Part shown: positions 11,578 to 24,156 of the stretch, in pieces
Numbering within the stretch: the first letter of the stretch is position 1
Layout: each line of letters starts with the position of its first letter
NCBI GenBank assembly: GCA_963733675.1
Contig: CAVTET010000004.1
Location: forward strand, 704,001 to 768,000
Direction: 5' to 3'
Source of the DNA: an uncultured Methanosarcinaceae archaeon
GTDB lineage: Archaea > Halobacteriota > Methanosarcinia > Methanosarcinales > Methanosarcinaceae
Length of the DNA: 64,000 nt
The notes under the pieces: model-generated
What the model was told of the DNA's origin: nothing
Seen by the model: the letters and a program-made list of their open reading frames with translations, nothing else
Database searches by the model: none
Translations under genes and position numbers: made by a program

Positions 11578-11855
11578 GGATTACGTATATTCGATGCAAT
11601 TTAGTTTAAGTAGTTACTCTGTAAAATGCATGTAAAAAATATATTTGATATCATGTTGGAAAGTAAAAAGGTGATCTTCCAATATGAATTTTATTTGTAT
11701 TTGGTTAAGATAAAAAACATCAAAAAAAGTTATTTTATGCCAAATATCCATTTTTTTTCTTATTCGTTTCCTTGATTTGTATGCATCAGTTCAATTTACA
11801 TTATAAAAATAGCTAAAAACCATGAATCAGTTAGTCAATAATAGTTCTCGGAGAA

Positions 11856-12224
11856 TTAGACAGTTAAGAGTTTAACGTGTTCAACTGTGTAAGTCCGACT
11901 CTCTTTCCAAGCTCTATAATTTCGTAAGTCAGCTCCAATTAATTTAGTAGCTATATAAAGCACAGCGAGATCATCTACAAATACAACTTTTTTCATTTCC
12001 CTGATGAGAGGTATACCGATACAAATGCCAATACCTATTAACGCAACTATCGTTTTCCACGGAACCTTTGGGTATTCGTTATTCAGGAAGTCGTGCAACA
12101 TAGAAACTGTTAGTTTGCCCTCTTCTAGAAGTTTATCGAGAAATTCTGGTATACCATCATAATTTCCTTTTTTAAGAAATCCCATAATATCAGAAAACAT
12201 TTGCTTCGTGTTTACTTCGTTCAT
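11856..12224 (-). CDS. Small membrane protein, DUF1232/YkvA-like (divergent)
   Basis: YPKVPWKTIVALIG..VFVDDLAVL..DLRNYRAW resembles the YkvA pattern. Confidence 0.5.
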   Translation of the reverse strand: MNEVNTKQMFSDIMGFLKKGNYDGIPEFLDKLLEEGKLTVSMLHDFLNNEYPKVPWKTIVALIGIGICIGIPLIREMKKVVFVDDLAVLYIATKLIGADLRNYRAWKESRTYTVEHVKLLTV

Positions 12225-12999
12225 GATATTTCCTTCAATTCTTCTCGATTATATCTATGCACCTCACAGTTAAACAATACAACTTACATTTGAAGGCTAT
12301 ATGATCAGTAAAGTTATTTATAAGATTCTGTAAGTGATTTTGTATTTTCACCCTTTGCTCAATTCTATCATTGGATTGAGCAAAAAACATGTGAATTTTA
12401 AAAAATTATTAAAAAACTTGATCGTGCATCATTAGCTGGTTAATAATTTTATATTAGAATACATTTGCTCAACAGCACCATTTTTCGGAGCTTACACGCA
12501 TCCAGAGAATCAAAACTACACCACGAAAAAAATGAGATACAAAGGGCAAAATGTGACTTTTTTTGGATAAACATCAACTCATTATTAAGAGACAACCAAA
12601 TAGTTTGAATTTTCAGACAGGTTCTTAAGGACACTACTTTAGATCTCCCTTTTTCGTCTTTTTTCTTTCACCACAAAAATAGGATTTATCGTTTTTACTG
12701 ATGCGAAAGTATTCATACAAAAACTGTGTATAAATGAAAATTTAAAACCAGAAGTTTTGTAAATAAAAATATTGACTCTGGATCTGTTTTGTGATGAAGT
12801 AAAGTGATACAAAGCCAATTGGAATTTAAAGATTTTTAGATGCATTGTAATAAGAGCAGAGTTGACTTTAAAATTTGAATATATTACTGGTGTCTATCTA
12901 CTCAATAATTAGCATTTCCATATCTACTGGTTAGTTTAAGGGTTCGACACACAGTCACAATTTGGGTAGTAATGACCATGGTAGTAGTGGTGATTCCTT

Positions 13000-13596
13000 G
13001 AGTCTATTCTATCAGGCTTATTTGAGAGCATGTGGCTGGCTGGTCTTGTCGAGTATGATTTCGAAAAAGGATTAGAATGGGAATGACAATCAATTGATGG
13101 TGCTATGACAAAAGCACCATTCGGTGGAGCTAGAAAAGGAGCCAATCCTACTGATCGTGGCAAAAAAGGTACAAAAAGGAATGTTTTAACTGAGGTAAAG
13201 GCATACCACTTTCTGTTGTCGTTGATGGAGCCAATCGTCACGATAAAAAGCTTGTAAAAAGGACTTTAGACGCCATATTCTTTGAAAGACCTTCTCCAGA
13301 AGACATAATTCAGAATATATGCATGGATAAGGGTTATGATTTCACCGATATCAGAAAATTGGTTGAAGAATATGGTTATACTGCGCATATCAAAAGTCGT
13401 GAAGAAGAAAACATAAGAAGAGACATACCTGGTTTTAGGGCAAGAAGATGGGTTGTAGAAAGGACACATTCTTGGCTTAATAGATTCAGAAGACTCCTTA
13501 TAAGATGGGAAAAGAAAATTGAAAATTACCTTGCTATGCTACATTTAGCGTGCGCATTGATAACATTAAGATCAGCAGGACTTTTCGGATAGCCTC
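13000..13596 (+). mobile_element. IS5 family (IS1031/IS427-like) transposase remnant, 5'-truncated
   Basis: IDGAMTKAPFGG..GANPTDRGKKGTKR, DGANRHD, MDKGYD, RRWVVERTHSWLNRFRRL. Ends in ttttcggatagcctc. Confidence 0.85.
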
Positions 13597-13926
13597 TATA
13601 ACTCCATAATACATAAATTTAAACTAACCGTTCCAGTGGAAATTGAGGGGTTTGAAAGATTTCCTGCCAAAAAATCAGTATCATTTCAAAAATAATTCAA
13701 ATTTATCTAGATAACACAAATAATTTCATAGCATAAACATCGTTTTTTAGAATATATCATACTTCTGTAACTGTGCTGACCTTCTAGGAGACCAGTCAAA
13801 TAACCGCAATCAGTTGCAAGGATAGAAACTTCCCTGAGAATCGTTATTAACGAACGGATTTATATTTTAAGCTACCTTTCCAATGAAAAATAAACTACTC
13901 ATGCAAACACTGTGTATATCAAGTAA

Positions 13927-14070
13927 CCTACTTTCTGCAAATGCACAAACATATAGAATTTATTTATATATTTATCCACTATTATTCATTGGAAGTTAGA
14001 TTAAGTTTTAATGATGCTGTCATATTGAGAAAATAGATGACATTCCTATGTAAATCTGCAGAAAATAGGA
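13927..14070. repeat. Dispersed ~90-bp IS-end/MITE-like repeat family; other copies at ~25015-25090, 27487-27567, 32361-32433, 33903-33960 (reverse) and 40886-40960
   Basis: Shared consensus gttagatta..aagctactgtcat.ttgagaaaatagatg.cat...tgtgtacatct....aaagtg(a/g)g. Confidence 0.65.
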
Positions 14071-14722
14071 AATAAGATATATAAATGCCTTTTTTTGTAT
14101 GAAGTATCGCAAAAAATTCTCACGGACAATAAATCATCAATTATTTGAAATACATGTGCTTTTCAATTGGAAAAATTACTGTTTTAAGTTTGATGTGAGG
14201 TAATTATAGTAATTATATACATCTATTCGTTGGTGCTGAACCTAAATATTATCCTTCAATAGTGATGCAATTTATAAAAGGCATCACACCAAGAAAAACC
14301 TTTAAAGTAATACTCTGAGATTAAAAACAGTTATGAAATTGTGAACTCTGAGTGATTGTACAACTTCCGATGTAATTAAAAACATGTTGAAAATCAGGAA
14401 GATCAGGAAGAAAAAAGAATATAAACAAATGAAAACATTCAATTTTGAATTACTCTTCAATATCAATGGCAATAGAGCAAAAATATCCCGTTGATTTATA
14501 GTAGGAGAGACACCAAACTTTGATTGATCTAACAGAAAATACGAATATACATACATATTTGAGTAAAATGCCCGATGGATTTTAATGCTTATGGTTTTTA
14601 GTAATACCCCTCAAGACCTGAACTTCCATTTCGATTTTATTGTAGTTTTGTAGCCATTAATTTATAGATCATCATTTAATATAATAGTAATTGTGCGAAT
14701 GTCTGTGATGAGGCATTGAGGA

Positions 14723-16711
14723 TCAAATGAATAGCATAAAAACTACATAGGCGATCATTATCATGCTGACACTATGTTTCAAGCCCATGTACACTGATCC
14801 CTGTCCCATCTTCCCGGCAACGAGTCCGGAAACGAAGGCCTGAATAAGGGTTGAGTGAAACATGAGCATTGTATACTCCTTAATATTAAAGGATTCGTTC
14901 CCTATTCCTGCATACCAAATTTCCTGAGAAGAGCTTGTAAAAGAGACACTTTGAGGAAAAAAATATAAAACCAGAATATAGACTATGAAAACGAAGACAA
15001 AAAAAGCGACATATATGGTGACTACGTAGACAGCCATGTCTGAAGAGCGTTCTTTTTTCAGCTCTTCTTCACTTTTAACCTGTTCAGAGGTAACTAAAAG
15101 CACATTTTTAAGATCACTTGTAGACTCGTTTGCTTTTATAAGTGTATGAAGAACTCGGCTTGAAGTAGATGTTTTGATGTTATTTCCAAGCTTCATAAGA
15201 ACTCTTGAAGTTGAGGTCCCCCAAGACATATCTTCTTTTAGCTTTTTAAGTTCCTTTGTAAGAATGCCCATTTTGGATTCAGCCATTAATTTCAAAGAGT
15301 TTGAAAAAAGAATTCCAGAGCCATTCAGATTGGAAAGGTTCCTTAACAAATCAGGCATTTTCTCGTCAATTTTACGCATTCTCCAGGCTCTAATCTCATA
15401 AAAAATAATAAAGGGAATCAGGACAATGGAGATAAATATAATGAAGTAATTTTGAATTTCGCTGATCAGCTGGATGCTGCTACCACTAATATGGGTAAAA
15501 TTTAGAGCCAGGTGGAAATTAGAATTGAAATCATCTGTAAGATTTTTTGGAATACGGGTAAGATAATATAGTCCAAGAGGAATTCCAATGAAAAATGTGT
15601 ATATGGGCTCGTCCCGAATAGTTTTGTATGGGTTGAATATCAAATCTTTGATATAATTAAGTTTTCTGTATGACAAGAACTTTTTACTCCTCTTGTCCTC
15701 CTCTTCTACACTAAGCCCCGAGCTGATCTCTGGAATATCGCAAAGGTCTATAGAGAAGCCAGAAACATTAGCTTTCCTCGTATCCATCGAGAGTTCTCCT
15801 ATTGTATCTAAGAGCACTAGGAATAAAAGATTTGCAAGAGGTATGATAACATAAATGAGTAGGTAAAGAATCTGTGCTGAAGCCGGCCGAAATAACTGCA
15901 ATACAATAAGGGTTGTCATTATAAAAAGAGGACCCGCAACTAGCACTGTCACATAAATTTCGGCAAGAACATCAAGCTTTCTTAAAAAATTTCTGTTTGC
16001 CATCTCTACCATATCCTGGTATTGCTCTAATTTGCTTTTTATGTACTCTATTATGGCCTCGTTGCTTGAAACAAGAATTAATCCATCACTAAATTCCTTG
16101 AAAAGTTCTGAAGAGGTACGTTCCTTGGCAGAATTAAGAGCACTTATGAAGTCTTTGCCCAGATAATCCATGTCCCTCACAATATAGGATACTTCTTCTG
16201 CAGCTGTACCAAATATATGAGTATACCTGCTTAAGGATCTGAATACGTCATAAATCAATACACCTCCTTTGGTCAGAGCATACATGTAAGTTACTGACGA
16301 AAGCATAGATTTATCTATACAAGCTTGTCGGAGATCTGCCTGAAAATAAGGAAAGATATATGCAAAGCCAAAAACGGCCAAAAAACTAAGAAAGAACAAT
16401 AAAAGGATGTTTAAAATTCCAAGTGAATATAGATGACCTTCTACAAAACCAGCATTTGTAGAGTTCAAAAAATGGATAAGGCGATAAATTGGATTCCCAA
16501 AGGTTTTCAGCCCCAAAAATGCGCCGAAAATTCCTCCAATAAGTCCTGCAATTATAGAATACATGCAGGCAGATGCCAGATACTGGTCTACTGACATGGA
16601 AATATGGGATTTTCGTATTTTTGCCTTTAAAGCCATAAATTTTTCTTTATTTTTGTAAAAAAAAATTCCAAAAATTCTGTATGCCAGTTCATTTAAAACA
16701 GTATAATCCAT
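14723..16711 (-). CDS. Type II secretion / type IV pilus platform protein with two T2SSF (TadC/FlaJ-like) domains
   Basis: 662-aa polytopic membrane protein with two GspF-like repeats and the C-terminal SGLVAGKMGQGSVYMGLKH motif. Confidence 0.85.
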   Translation of the reverse strand: MDYTVLNELAYRIFGIFFYKNKEKFMALKAKIRKSHISMSVDQYLASACMYSIIAGLIGGIFGAFLGLKTFGNPIYRLIHFLNSTNAGFVEGHLYSLGILNILLLFFLSFLAVFGFAYIFPYFQADLRQACIDKSMLSSVTYMYALTKGGVLIYDVFRSLSRYTHIFGTAAEEVSYIVRDMDYLGKDFISALNSAKERTSSELFKEFSDGLILVSSNEAIIEYIKSKLEQYQDMVEMANRNFLRKLDVLAEIYVTVLVAGPLFIMTTLIVLQLFRPASAQILYLLIYVIIPLANLLFLVLLDTIGELSMDTRKANVSGFSIDLCDIPEISSGLSVEEEDKRSKKFLSYRKLNYIKDLIFNPYKTIRDEPIYTFFIGIPLGLYYLTRIPKNLTDDFNSNFHLALNFTHISGSSIQLISEIQNYFIIFISIVLIPFIIFYEIRAWRMRKIDEKMPDLLRNLSNLNGSGILFSNSLKLMAESKMGILTKELKKLKEDMSWGTSTSRVLMKLGNNIKTSTSSRVLHTLIKANESTSDLKNVLLVTSEQVKSEEELKKERSSDMAVYVVTIYVAFFVFVFIVYILVLYFFPQSVSFTSSSQEIWYAGIGNESFNIKEYTMLMFHSTLIQAFVSGLVAGKMGQGSVYMGLKHSVSMIMIAYVVFMLFI

Positions 16712-16720
16712 ATACTCCTC

Positions 16721-18397
16721 TTAAGTAATCATATTCTGTATCATATCCTTTAAAGTACCATTTTTTACAGACTCCATAATCATCTTTGGATAACTCTGAT
16801 ATGCTTGGACTACAAGAGATACCTGGATATAACTCCTCATTTTATTTTCATACATATATGTCAGTATTTTTCTCCGATTTCCCATCTCATCTCTCAACTG
16901 ACTTGCATCCAATCCTCTGGTATACATTATATCCTGCATGATATGGGAATCTCCTACCTTGATGAAACCATCTTCTGAAGGTTCCCAGCTAAAAAGCTCA
17001 TTTATTCCAAGGTCTCCAGTCTCAGTGTCGATATTAAGGACTTCCACAAAGCTTCTGCTTCTCCTAACTCTTTTCTCCCCAATATACATCTGTTCCTGTA
17101 TACAAAGTACATTCAGAGACTGCAGCATCATTTGAGGCACATTTATGGGCTCATGTGTGAGCCTATTTATAACTGTCTGCACGTCACCTGCATGCATGGT
17201 TGAGCTCGTCGCATGCCCTGTTGACATTGCCTGGAAAAGAGTAAGTGCCTCACTACCCCTCACTTCCCCCACGATGATAAAGTCTGGACGCTGTCTGAGA
17301 GCAGCCCTCAGAAGATCATACATGGAAACTTCCCCCGTCGCATCGGAAGCAAAACTTTCCCGCGTTATTTCGGAAACCCAGTTATTGTGGTAGAGTAAGA
17401 GTTCTCTTGTGTCCTCGATAGAGACTATCTTAGCTGTGCAAGGCATAAAGAGAGATGTGGCATTGAGCATCGAAGTTTTCCCCGAAGCTGTCCCTCCTGC
17501 AAATAGAATATTGTAGCCATTCTCGATGACCAACCAGAGATATATAAGCATTTCAAGGGAGCAGGTATTAAAACCAAGCAGATCTATAGGAGTTATGGGG
17601 TCCTTCCTGAATTTACGGATAGTAAAAGAGCTGCCTCTGGGAGTGATTTCTCTTCCTAAAATAGCCTGAAGCCTCGAACCATCTTGAATTGTCGCATCCA
17701 CTATTGGTTGACTTACAGATATATGCTTATTATTCAACTGGCACATTTTGATTACAAAGGAATCAAGTTCATCCTCTTTGAAGGAAATATTACTTTCGAT
17801 ATTGAAGTACTTGGTATGATAAATATAAATTGGAATTTCTACTCCATCACATGAAATGTCTTCTATATAAGGATCATAAAGGAGGGGATTAATTTTATCG
17901 TAACCTAGCAGGTTTCTTCTGAGGTAATATATTATCTTTTGAATAGCGGATGCAGAAATTTTAGCCCTATAACGTTCAAGAAGGTAAAGAGTTTTATCCA
18001 CCAGAAGTGTATCTTTTTCGAATCTGGAAGTTGTGAAATTTAGAACTAGGATATCCTGAAAATCCTCATAAATTCTTTCTAAAAGTTTTTTCTCATATTT
18101 TGTCAGCCCAGGTTCAATAAGTTTGTAGTATTTTGTGCTCCTGTCCTCCAGAATCGATGCAAATGTATAAGGTTCTTGAAGCCAATATCTTTCAATTTCT
18201 ATTAACCCACCAGGCACTATAAACTCAACAAGAGATCCTTGTTTTTCCTGGTCATAAGCCGGTAAAGTCCTCAGTGACTTATTAAAATAACTTCTAGCCC
18301 TCTTTAAGATTTTTGATATGGAATTAATATCTCCCCTTTCACCTAATAACCCCGAGATAAAGTTGTGCTTCACTGGCATTTCTTTTAATACAACCAT
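16721..18397 (-). CDS. Type II/IV secretion system ATPase (VirB11/TadA/FlaI-like)
   Basis: Walker A GGTASGKTS, SIEDTRE, LRQRPDFIIVGEVRG, MSTGH..TMHA. Confidence 0.92.
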   Translation of the reverse strand: MVVLKEMPVKHNFISGLLGERGDINSISKILKRARSYFNKSLRTLPAYDQEKQGSLVEFIVPGGLIEIERYWLQEPYTFASILEDRSTKYYKLIEPGLTKYEKKLLERIYEDFQDILVLNFTTSRFEKDTLLVDKTLYLLERYRAKISASAIQKIIYYLRRNLLGYDKINPLLYDPYIEDISCDGVEIPIYIYHTKYFNIESNISFKEDELDSFVIKMCQLNNKHISVSQPIVDATIQDGSRLQAILGREITPRGSSFTIRKFRKDPITPIDLLGFNTCSLEMLIYLWLVIENGYNILFAGGTASGKTSMLNATSLFMPCTAKIVSIEDTRELLLYHNNWVSEITRESFASDATGEVSMYDLLRAALRQRPDFIIVGEVRGSEALTLFQAMSTGHATSSTMHAGDVQTVINRLTHEPINVPQMMLQSLNVLCIQEQMYIGEKRVRRSRSFVEVLNIDTETGDLGINELFSWEPSEDGFIKVGDSHIMQDIMYTRGLDASQLRDEMGNRRKILTYMYENKMRSYIQVSLVVQAYQSYPKMIMESVKNGTLKDMIQNMIT

Positions 18398-18739
18398 ACT
18401 TCAGCCTTCAGGTTCTCCTTAAGTCATATAAGCCCAACACATTATAAAAACTTATACACTTCACTTCACCATAAATAAATATTAACCACAGTTATAGTTA
18501 ATATTGATCCTTTATCTAGCCTCATTAGGATTTAAAAATTTGATTTCAAATAAAATAATTAAATTTAATTCAAAAGTGACGCACGTTATATTTTATTATA
18601 AAAAATTAAATATATTTAAAATTTATTGCGCTTTCTGAAATACACCTCTAGTATGATATTCTGAGAAATCTATAATTTATCCTAAATGCAATTCTTCTGT
18701 TAGGATTACTCACGTATTAAGTGACAGTTTTAGAAGCAA

Positions 18740-19430
18740 TAATAGATATGGAATTTGTCTGTGGATTGCTGCATGAAATCTACGCCGATTCTCACTTACA
18801 AACAATATCTTGTTCTTCACACAATCCATTTTAGCAGAAAATCATCGTTTTATCGGATATAAGGCCATCGGCTACAAAAACGGCTTGACCTTACGTATTG
18901 CTCGAAAATATGGTGCCTATGGAGTTGATCAAACACATGAAGAGAGCAGAACATAATTGGTAGAACTCACTGAAATCGACAACTATAAAATTTTTTCTTC
19001 AGGATATCAGCTTGCTTCATAGCTTGAAGCTGTTCTAATGTGTACCAATCTGCGGATAAATTTTACATAGGGAGAATCACAAAAATAAAATCAAGATAGC
19101 AAGGTGGATTCTAACGCAGATTACCCAGGCAGCCTGAAGAAAAAAATAACAAGTTAAAAGAGTTTTTTAAGCGAAAGAAAAGTCAATTGACCATGTAAAC
19201 ACAATTATTAATCTAGAAAAGAAAATTATCAAAATTTTATGGTGTCTTATTACAAATGATGAGATGTAAAGAAGATAAAATAGCGTAGAAAAAGGAGAAA
19301 ATCAGAAGAGGATATTGTTGAGACTGAAAACTTTTCAGTTACTGACAGATAAAAACAATTAGTGGAAAATCGAAATTGAGAAAAAGAGAATTAGACGAGT
19401 GCATAAGGAAGATCCCTCTCATGTACTTCC
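18740..19430 (+). mobile_element. IS110 family transposase remnant (degraded, internally deleted)
   Basis: Broken frames recall EI.N...FSSG.QLAS, YQSADKF.IGRITK, IARWILTQI.QAA, LKEFF.RK and LW.LITNDEM of the IS110 C-terminal domain. Confidence 0.65.
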
Positions 19431-19855
19431 ACACCAAATCCCGTTATCATTATGTACCATTGACTCGTATATATAATGTAATAATAAGTGCATAAAAACA
19501 TCCAAAAAGTACAAAAAAGACAAGGAACAGGGAAAGAACACAAAATACATCCCGAAAAAATATTTTTGACCCGAATTCGAATTTTAGAGAATTTCGATAA
19601 ATCTCTGATTTTCACGAGTCATGTATAATATGCCCTTTAGAAGCATATGACGAAATTTAGGAGTTCATCGAAATGTTCTTTAAAAAAATTATAGTTCCAG
19701 ACCTTAATTTAATTGGAAAACTAAAACAATATGGATTATTTTTCACAGGAAACCTTCCACAAGAAATTTTCCAGAAGAAACTTGAAATTTGAAAAGATTT
19801 GGTACTTTAAATTGCCGGTTTTTAAAATACTGAAGTTAAAAGGGGATGGCAGTCA

Positions 19856-20485
19856 ATGGTAAATGACCCTGAAAGAGAAGTAGGTACTGACATTCACAAC
19901 AGAGAGATTGAAAGAGAGGTCTCAGTTGCTGAAGTCATGAATAAAACAGTCATAGTAATGGATATCAACTCAAATATTCAATCTATTGCTATGGAAATGG
20001 TCAGTTGTGAAGCAGGAAGCGTTATTATTACTGAAAACAGAAAGGCTATTGGGATAATAACTGAAAGGGATCTTGTGAAGAATATAGTTGCAGAGGATAG
20101 GAGACCAAGTGAAGTGAATGCGAGTGAAATCTTTTCAACCCCACTGACAACCATTGAACCCGAGAAAAGTGTCGTAGAAGCTTCCGAAATCATGTTGAAA
20201 GCAAATATAAAAAGGCTGCCAGTTCTGGAGAAGGATACAATAATAGGAGTGATCTCAACTACTGATATTTTGATGGTAACACCTGGGCTCAATACTATAC
20301 TCAAAGATCTTATTGATATGAACCGTGAGACTCTACTCTCTATTCCCTCAGTTGAAGAGCTTTCAGAGGAATTCAGTACAGGAATATGTGAATCCTGTGA
20401 AACTTATTCATCTGATCTTAAATTTATGGACGGTAAGTACTTATGTGGGAAATGTCAACAAGAAGAAGGAGAGTACTACGAATGA
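19856..20485 (+). CDS. CBS-pair protein with C-terminal Cys4 zinc ribbon
   Basis: GIITERDLV, IKRLPV, C-terminal CESC..CGKC. Confidence 0.9.
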   Translation: MVNDPEREVGTDIHNREIEREVSVAEVMNKTVIVMDINSNIQSIAMEMVSCEAGSVIITENRKAIGIITERDLVKNIVAEDRRPSEVNASEIFSTPLTTIEPEKSVVEASEIMLKANIKRLPVLEKDTIIGVISTTDILMVTPGLNTILKDLIDMNRETLLSIPSVEELSEEFSTGICESCETYSSDLKFMDGKYLCGKCQQEEGEYYE

Positions 20486-20547
20486 AGTATATATTTAGCT
20501 ATCAGTCAATGAATATGAGATCTCAGTATAATACAGGGCGGTAAGAA

Positions 20548-21342
20548 ATGAAAGTGGATAAAATTATGTCATATGAACCTGTAAGTATCAAAGCTGGGGA
20601 CTTCATAACTCACGCTCGTCAGCTGATGCGTGATCACTTTCTTCGAGGTATTGTTGTTGTTGATGATGAGAACAGGCTTGTGGGTATGCTGAACGACCAG
20701 GACATTCTTCGAGTCACATCTACTCGCTCGAATGTCACTGTGGGAGGATATGCAAGGCAGACCCCAACAGTCACTCCAGATATGGATGTCGTGAAAGCTG
20801 CAAAGCTGATCGTACAATCAAAACAAAATAGGTGCCCAGTTGTCATATCAACTGACGAACATACAGTTGTAGGGATTCTGAGTGATGTAGACATTCTCAG
20901 AAATGTGGAAATTCCAAGAAACATTCCTGAAACTATAGAAGCGATGATGACAAAAAAAGTTAAAACCTGCTCTCCAGAGGAGAGGGTCAGCAAAGTTTGG
21001 GGGCATATGCTCGAAACAAATTATACAGGCATTCCAGTAGTTTCAAATGGAGGAGAACCTATTGGAATGATAACCAGGAGAGATATAATCAAATCAGGAG
21101 CTGTGCGAATTTCGCTGGAAGATGAGCGAGCAAGCAGTCTTAATGACAGCCCAAAAGTTAAAAAGGTAATGTCAACTCCTACATACACTCTTTCAGAGAG
21201 CGATTCCGTCAAGAGCGCAATTGAGATGATCATTCACTATGACATCGGAAGAGTGACTATAGTAAATGGAAATGGAAAAATATCCGGAATCGTTGATAGA
21301 CAGGATCTTCTTGAATCCATTGTCAATGCCTGGACTGAATAA
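20548..21342 (+). CDS. CBS domain protein (4 CBS)
   Basis: Repeated GMLNDQD/GILSDVD/GMITRRD/GIVDRQD motifs. Confidence 0.9.
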   Translation: MKVDKIMSYEPVSIKAGDFITHARQLMRDHFLRGIVVVDDENRLVGMLNDQDILRVTSTRSNVTVGGYARQTPTVTPDMDVVKAAKLIVQSKQNRCPVVISTDEHTVVGILSDVDILRNVEIPRNIPETIEAMMTKKVKTCSPEERVSKVWGHMLETNYTGIPVVSNGGEPIGMITRRDIIKSGAVRISLEDERASSLNDSPKVKKVMSTPTYTLSESDSVKSAIEMIIHYDIGRVTIVNGNGKISGIVDRQDLLESIVNAWTE

Positions 21343-21569
21343 CCTTTCGAAAGCTGCTTTTTGAAAGAAAAGCCTTCACACAAAAAGATTATAGAATTGA
21401 ATGTTGTCATTAAAAAAATATAATTGACAAATAAAAAAAACCTTTCGGAAAGATTCGGGAAAAAATATTATCAGATTTTGTTTTTTTCAGGAAAGAACAT
21501 GGATTTACTGAAAAATAAACTTCAGATTCCAAGGAAATTCCTGCAAGTGGGCAGGAAGAAAAAAGGTAT

Positions 21570-22619
21570 GTGAAAAAAACAATTAACTGCAACTCGAACT
21601 CGGTGGTTCAATTGAACAAAAATACAACATTTTCGTCAGCCGAAAAAATCAAAATTAAGGGAAAACTGAACAAAGGGGACAGGGGAGTGCAGCGGAACGA
21701 CCCGAAGATGGCAAGCAGTACAGGCACAATGGAAATGGGTCCACTGGAATTTAAGTCACGCATTTCGGAACATGAAGGGCGCATCCTAGCTTTAGCAACA
21801 AGGAATGTAGTGACTCTTCCTCCCACAGCAACCATTATGGAAGCAATTAAGATTATGACTGAAAAGAGATTCAGGCGCATTCCGATTACAGATGCTGGAA
21901 CACATAGACTGGAAGGAGTAGTTACTTCCGTAGATATTATCGATTTTCTGGGGGGCGGCAAAAAAAATTTGCTAGTTGAAAAACGCTTCAAGGGTAATCT
22001 ACTGGCTGCAATAAATGAGGAAATACGGCAAATAATGGAAACTGATATTGCCTATCTCCACGAACAGGCAGACTTTAAAGAAGCTGTTTCAGTGATGCTT
22101 GAAAGAAGAACAGGGGGTCTGCCAATTGTGGACGGCAACATGCGTGTGGTTGCAATATTTACCGAAAGGAACGTAATAGAACTTATGGGCGGGCTCGTGA
22201 CAAATAAAACTGTTGATGAATATATGACCAGGAACGTAAAGATGGTATCAACTGATACACCCATTGGACATGCGGCAAAATTAATGGTAGAGAACAAGCT
22301 CCGAAGACTTCCTGTAGTTAAGAATGGAATCTTTGCTGGAATAGTTACAGCCTCTGATATTGTCCATTTCCTTGGGAGGGGAGACGCTTTCAGCAAACTG
22401 ACAACAGGAAATATTCATGAAGCCCTTGACCAGCCTGTGGGATCTATTGTCTCGAAAGATCTAATATGGACAAGTTCTGGCACAGACATGGGAAAAGCAA
22501 TGGGAATTTTGCTCGAGGAAAAAATAGGTTCACTCCCAGTACTGGAAGAAGGAGTGCTACATGGCATAATTACAGAGAGTGATTTCCTGAAACTTTTGAG
22601 TTCTGAACATAATATCTAA
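21570..22619 (+). CDS. CBS domain protein (4 CBS); start may be downstream
   Basis: FRRIPI, GVVTSVD, LRRLPV, GIITESD. Confidence 0.88.
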   Translation: MKKTINCNSNSVVQLNKNTTFSSAEKIKIKGKLNKGDRGVQRNDPKMASSTGTMEMGPLEFKSRISEHEGRILALATRNVVTLPPTATIMEAIKIMTEKRFRRIPITDAGTHRLEGVVTSVDIIDFLGGGKKNLLVEKRFKGNLLAAINEEIRQIMETDIAYLHEQADFKEAVSVMLERRTGGLPIVDGNMRVVAIFTERNVIELMGGLVTNKTVDEYMTRNVKMVSTDTPIGHAAKLMVENKLRRLPVVKNGIFAGIVTASDIVHFLGRGDAFSKLTTGNIHEALDQPVGSIVSKDLIWTSSGTDMGKAMGILLEEKIGSLPVLEEGVLHGIITESDFLKLLSSEHNI

Positions 22620-23033
22620 CAAACTATCCAAAGCTAAACTAAGGGGATTTAGATAAACCCCAATTTTTGGCTGGTTGCTTATAAGCATATATAGGTAAGT
22701 TATTAAAATCGGAGATTTGTCGGAATTCTCTAAGTTAACTGCAATTAAATTGAAATCCAGAAAAAGTTTGAGCTTAATTTTGCAGGAGCTTAGAGAGGAA
22801 AAAATTACCTTGCTGAATAGATCAAGAAACAATTCCGTAGCGCGGGTGTTCAATATTTTGGAGTGTAGCTAATTTTGAATAAGAACCCTCTCAAATTAGT
22901 TTTCATTCAGCAAAAAGTATCATTATTACCCCTAAAACTATAACATCTACAGTTACAAATTGTGAATTTCGCATCCGATTCAAAAACTGTAATTATCAAC
23001 ACTTATATATTGTAAAAATTAAGGAGGAATTTC

Positions 23034-23879
23034 ATGAATGTGGCGGACATCATGAGTTCACCTGTGTATGTCATAAACGCAGATGAGCCCGTATCCCATG
23101 CAAGAAAACTGATGTTAAAGCATAGAATCAGTACGTTGCTTGTTCTGAATGAGGGAAAGATGGTGGGAATCACCACTAAATCTGACATTATCAACCGTCT
23201 AGCTCAAGCTGAACCCCTCTGGAGGAGAAGGCCAATAGACCAGATTCCTATAAAGCTGTTGATGACAGAATCGGTCATTACTATCTACCCAGAAGCCTCC
23301 ATTTCCCAAGCATCCGCCTTAATGCTTGAGAACCGAGTGCATAACATCCCTGTGGTAAAGAACAAAATTGTAGGTATTGTAACCAGGACAGATCTCGTAC
23401 GCTACGTTGCGGAAAATACTGAAGAAATGAAAACAAAAATTTCTAAATTAATGACTGAAGATGTTATTTCTGTTCACAGACATCATACCATCAACCATGT
23501 AATCGACGAAATGAACAGAAACGAGATCCAAAGAGTAGTCGTTAAGGATGATACAGGAAAATCTGTCGGTATCATTTCCAGGAAAAGCCTTGCTTTAAAC
23601 CTCTTAACTGACAATGAAGGCGGTCTTCCCACAAAAAATATCAAAATGGCCCGCAAATCTTCCCCTGGAGGCCAGAAAACCTACAGATACATAAAAGAGG
23701 TATTTTTGACCGCAGAAGATATCATGGTTTCCCCAATAATTTCCATTGAAGCGGATGAAAACGTCAATACAGCTGCAAAAAAAATGATTGAAGAAGGAGT
23801 TACTGCCCTTCCTGTCAGTGATGGAGAAGATATAGTGGGCATACTAACCAGAACAGATATCATGAAAGCTATCCTCTAA
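23034..23879 (+). CDS. CBS domain protein (4 CBS)
   Basis: [29 protein letters not shown]; AGGAGG RBS. Confidence 0.9.
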   Translation: MNVADIMSSPVYVINADEPVSHARKLMLKHRISTLLVLNEGKMVGITTKSDIINRLAQAEPLWRRRPIDQIPIKLLMTESVITIYPEASISQASALMLENRVHNIPVVKNKIVGIVTRTDLVRYVAENTEEMKTKISKLMTEDVISVHRHHTINHVIDEMNRNEIQRVVVKDDTGKSVGIISRKSLALNLLTDNEGGLPTKNIKMARKSSPGGQKTYRYIKEVFLTAEDIMVSPIISIEADENVNTAAKKMIEEGVTALPVSDGEDIVGILTRTDIMKAIL

Positions 23880-24156
23880 AACACAGCGTATGGAGATCTA
23901 CGCAACAAGGAAAAGAAATAGTAACATTAAAGACAACAAAAGCAAAAGAAGAATACTAAGTAAAAATGTGAGATTTTTTATTATTTTCCTTGATTTTTAA
24001 TTTATTACGATCGCAGAATCGGGGTATCCTTTATGAATTTTTGCAATCCCAGAAAATATTTAAAAGTCTCAAAATCTAGAAAAACGGGTGATGAAACCAC
24101 GCAAAAAAATTGCGAAAAATATAATGAAAATTATGGATACGCATAAGGTGAATTGC

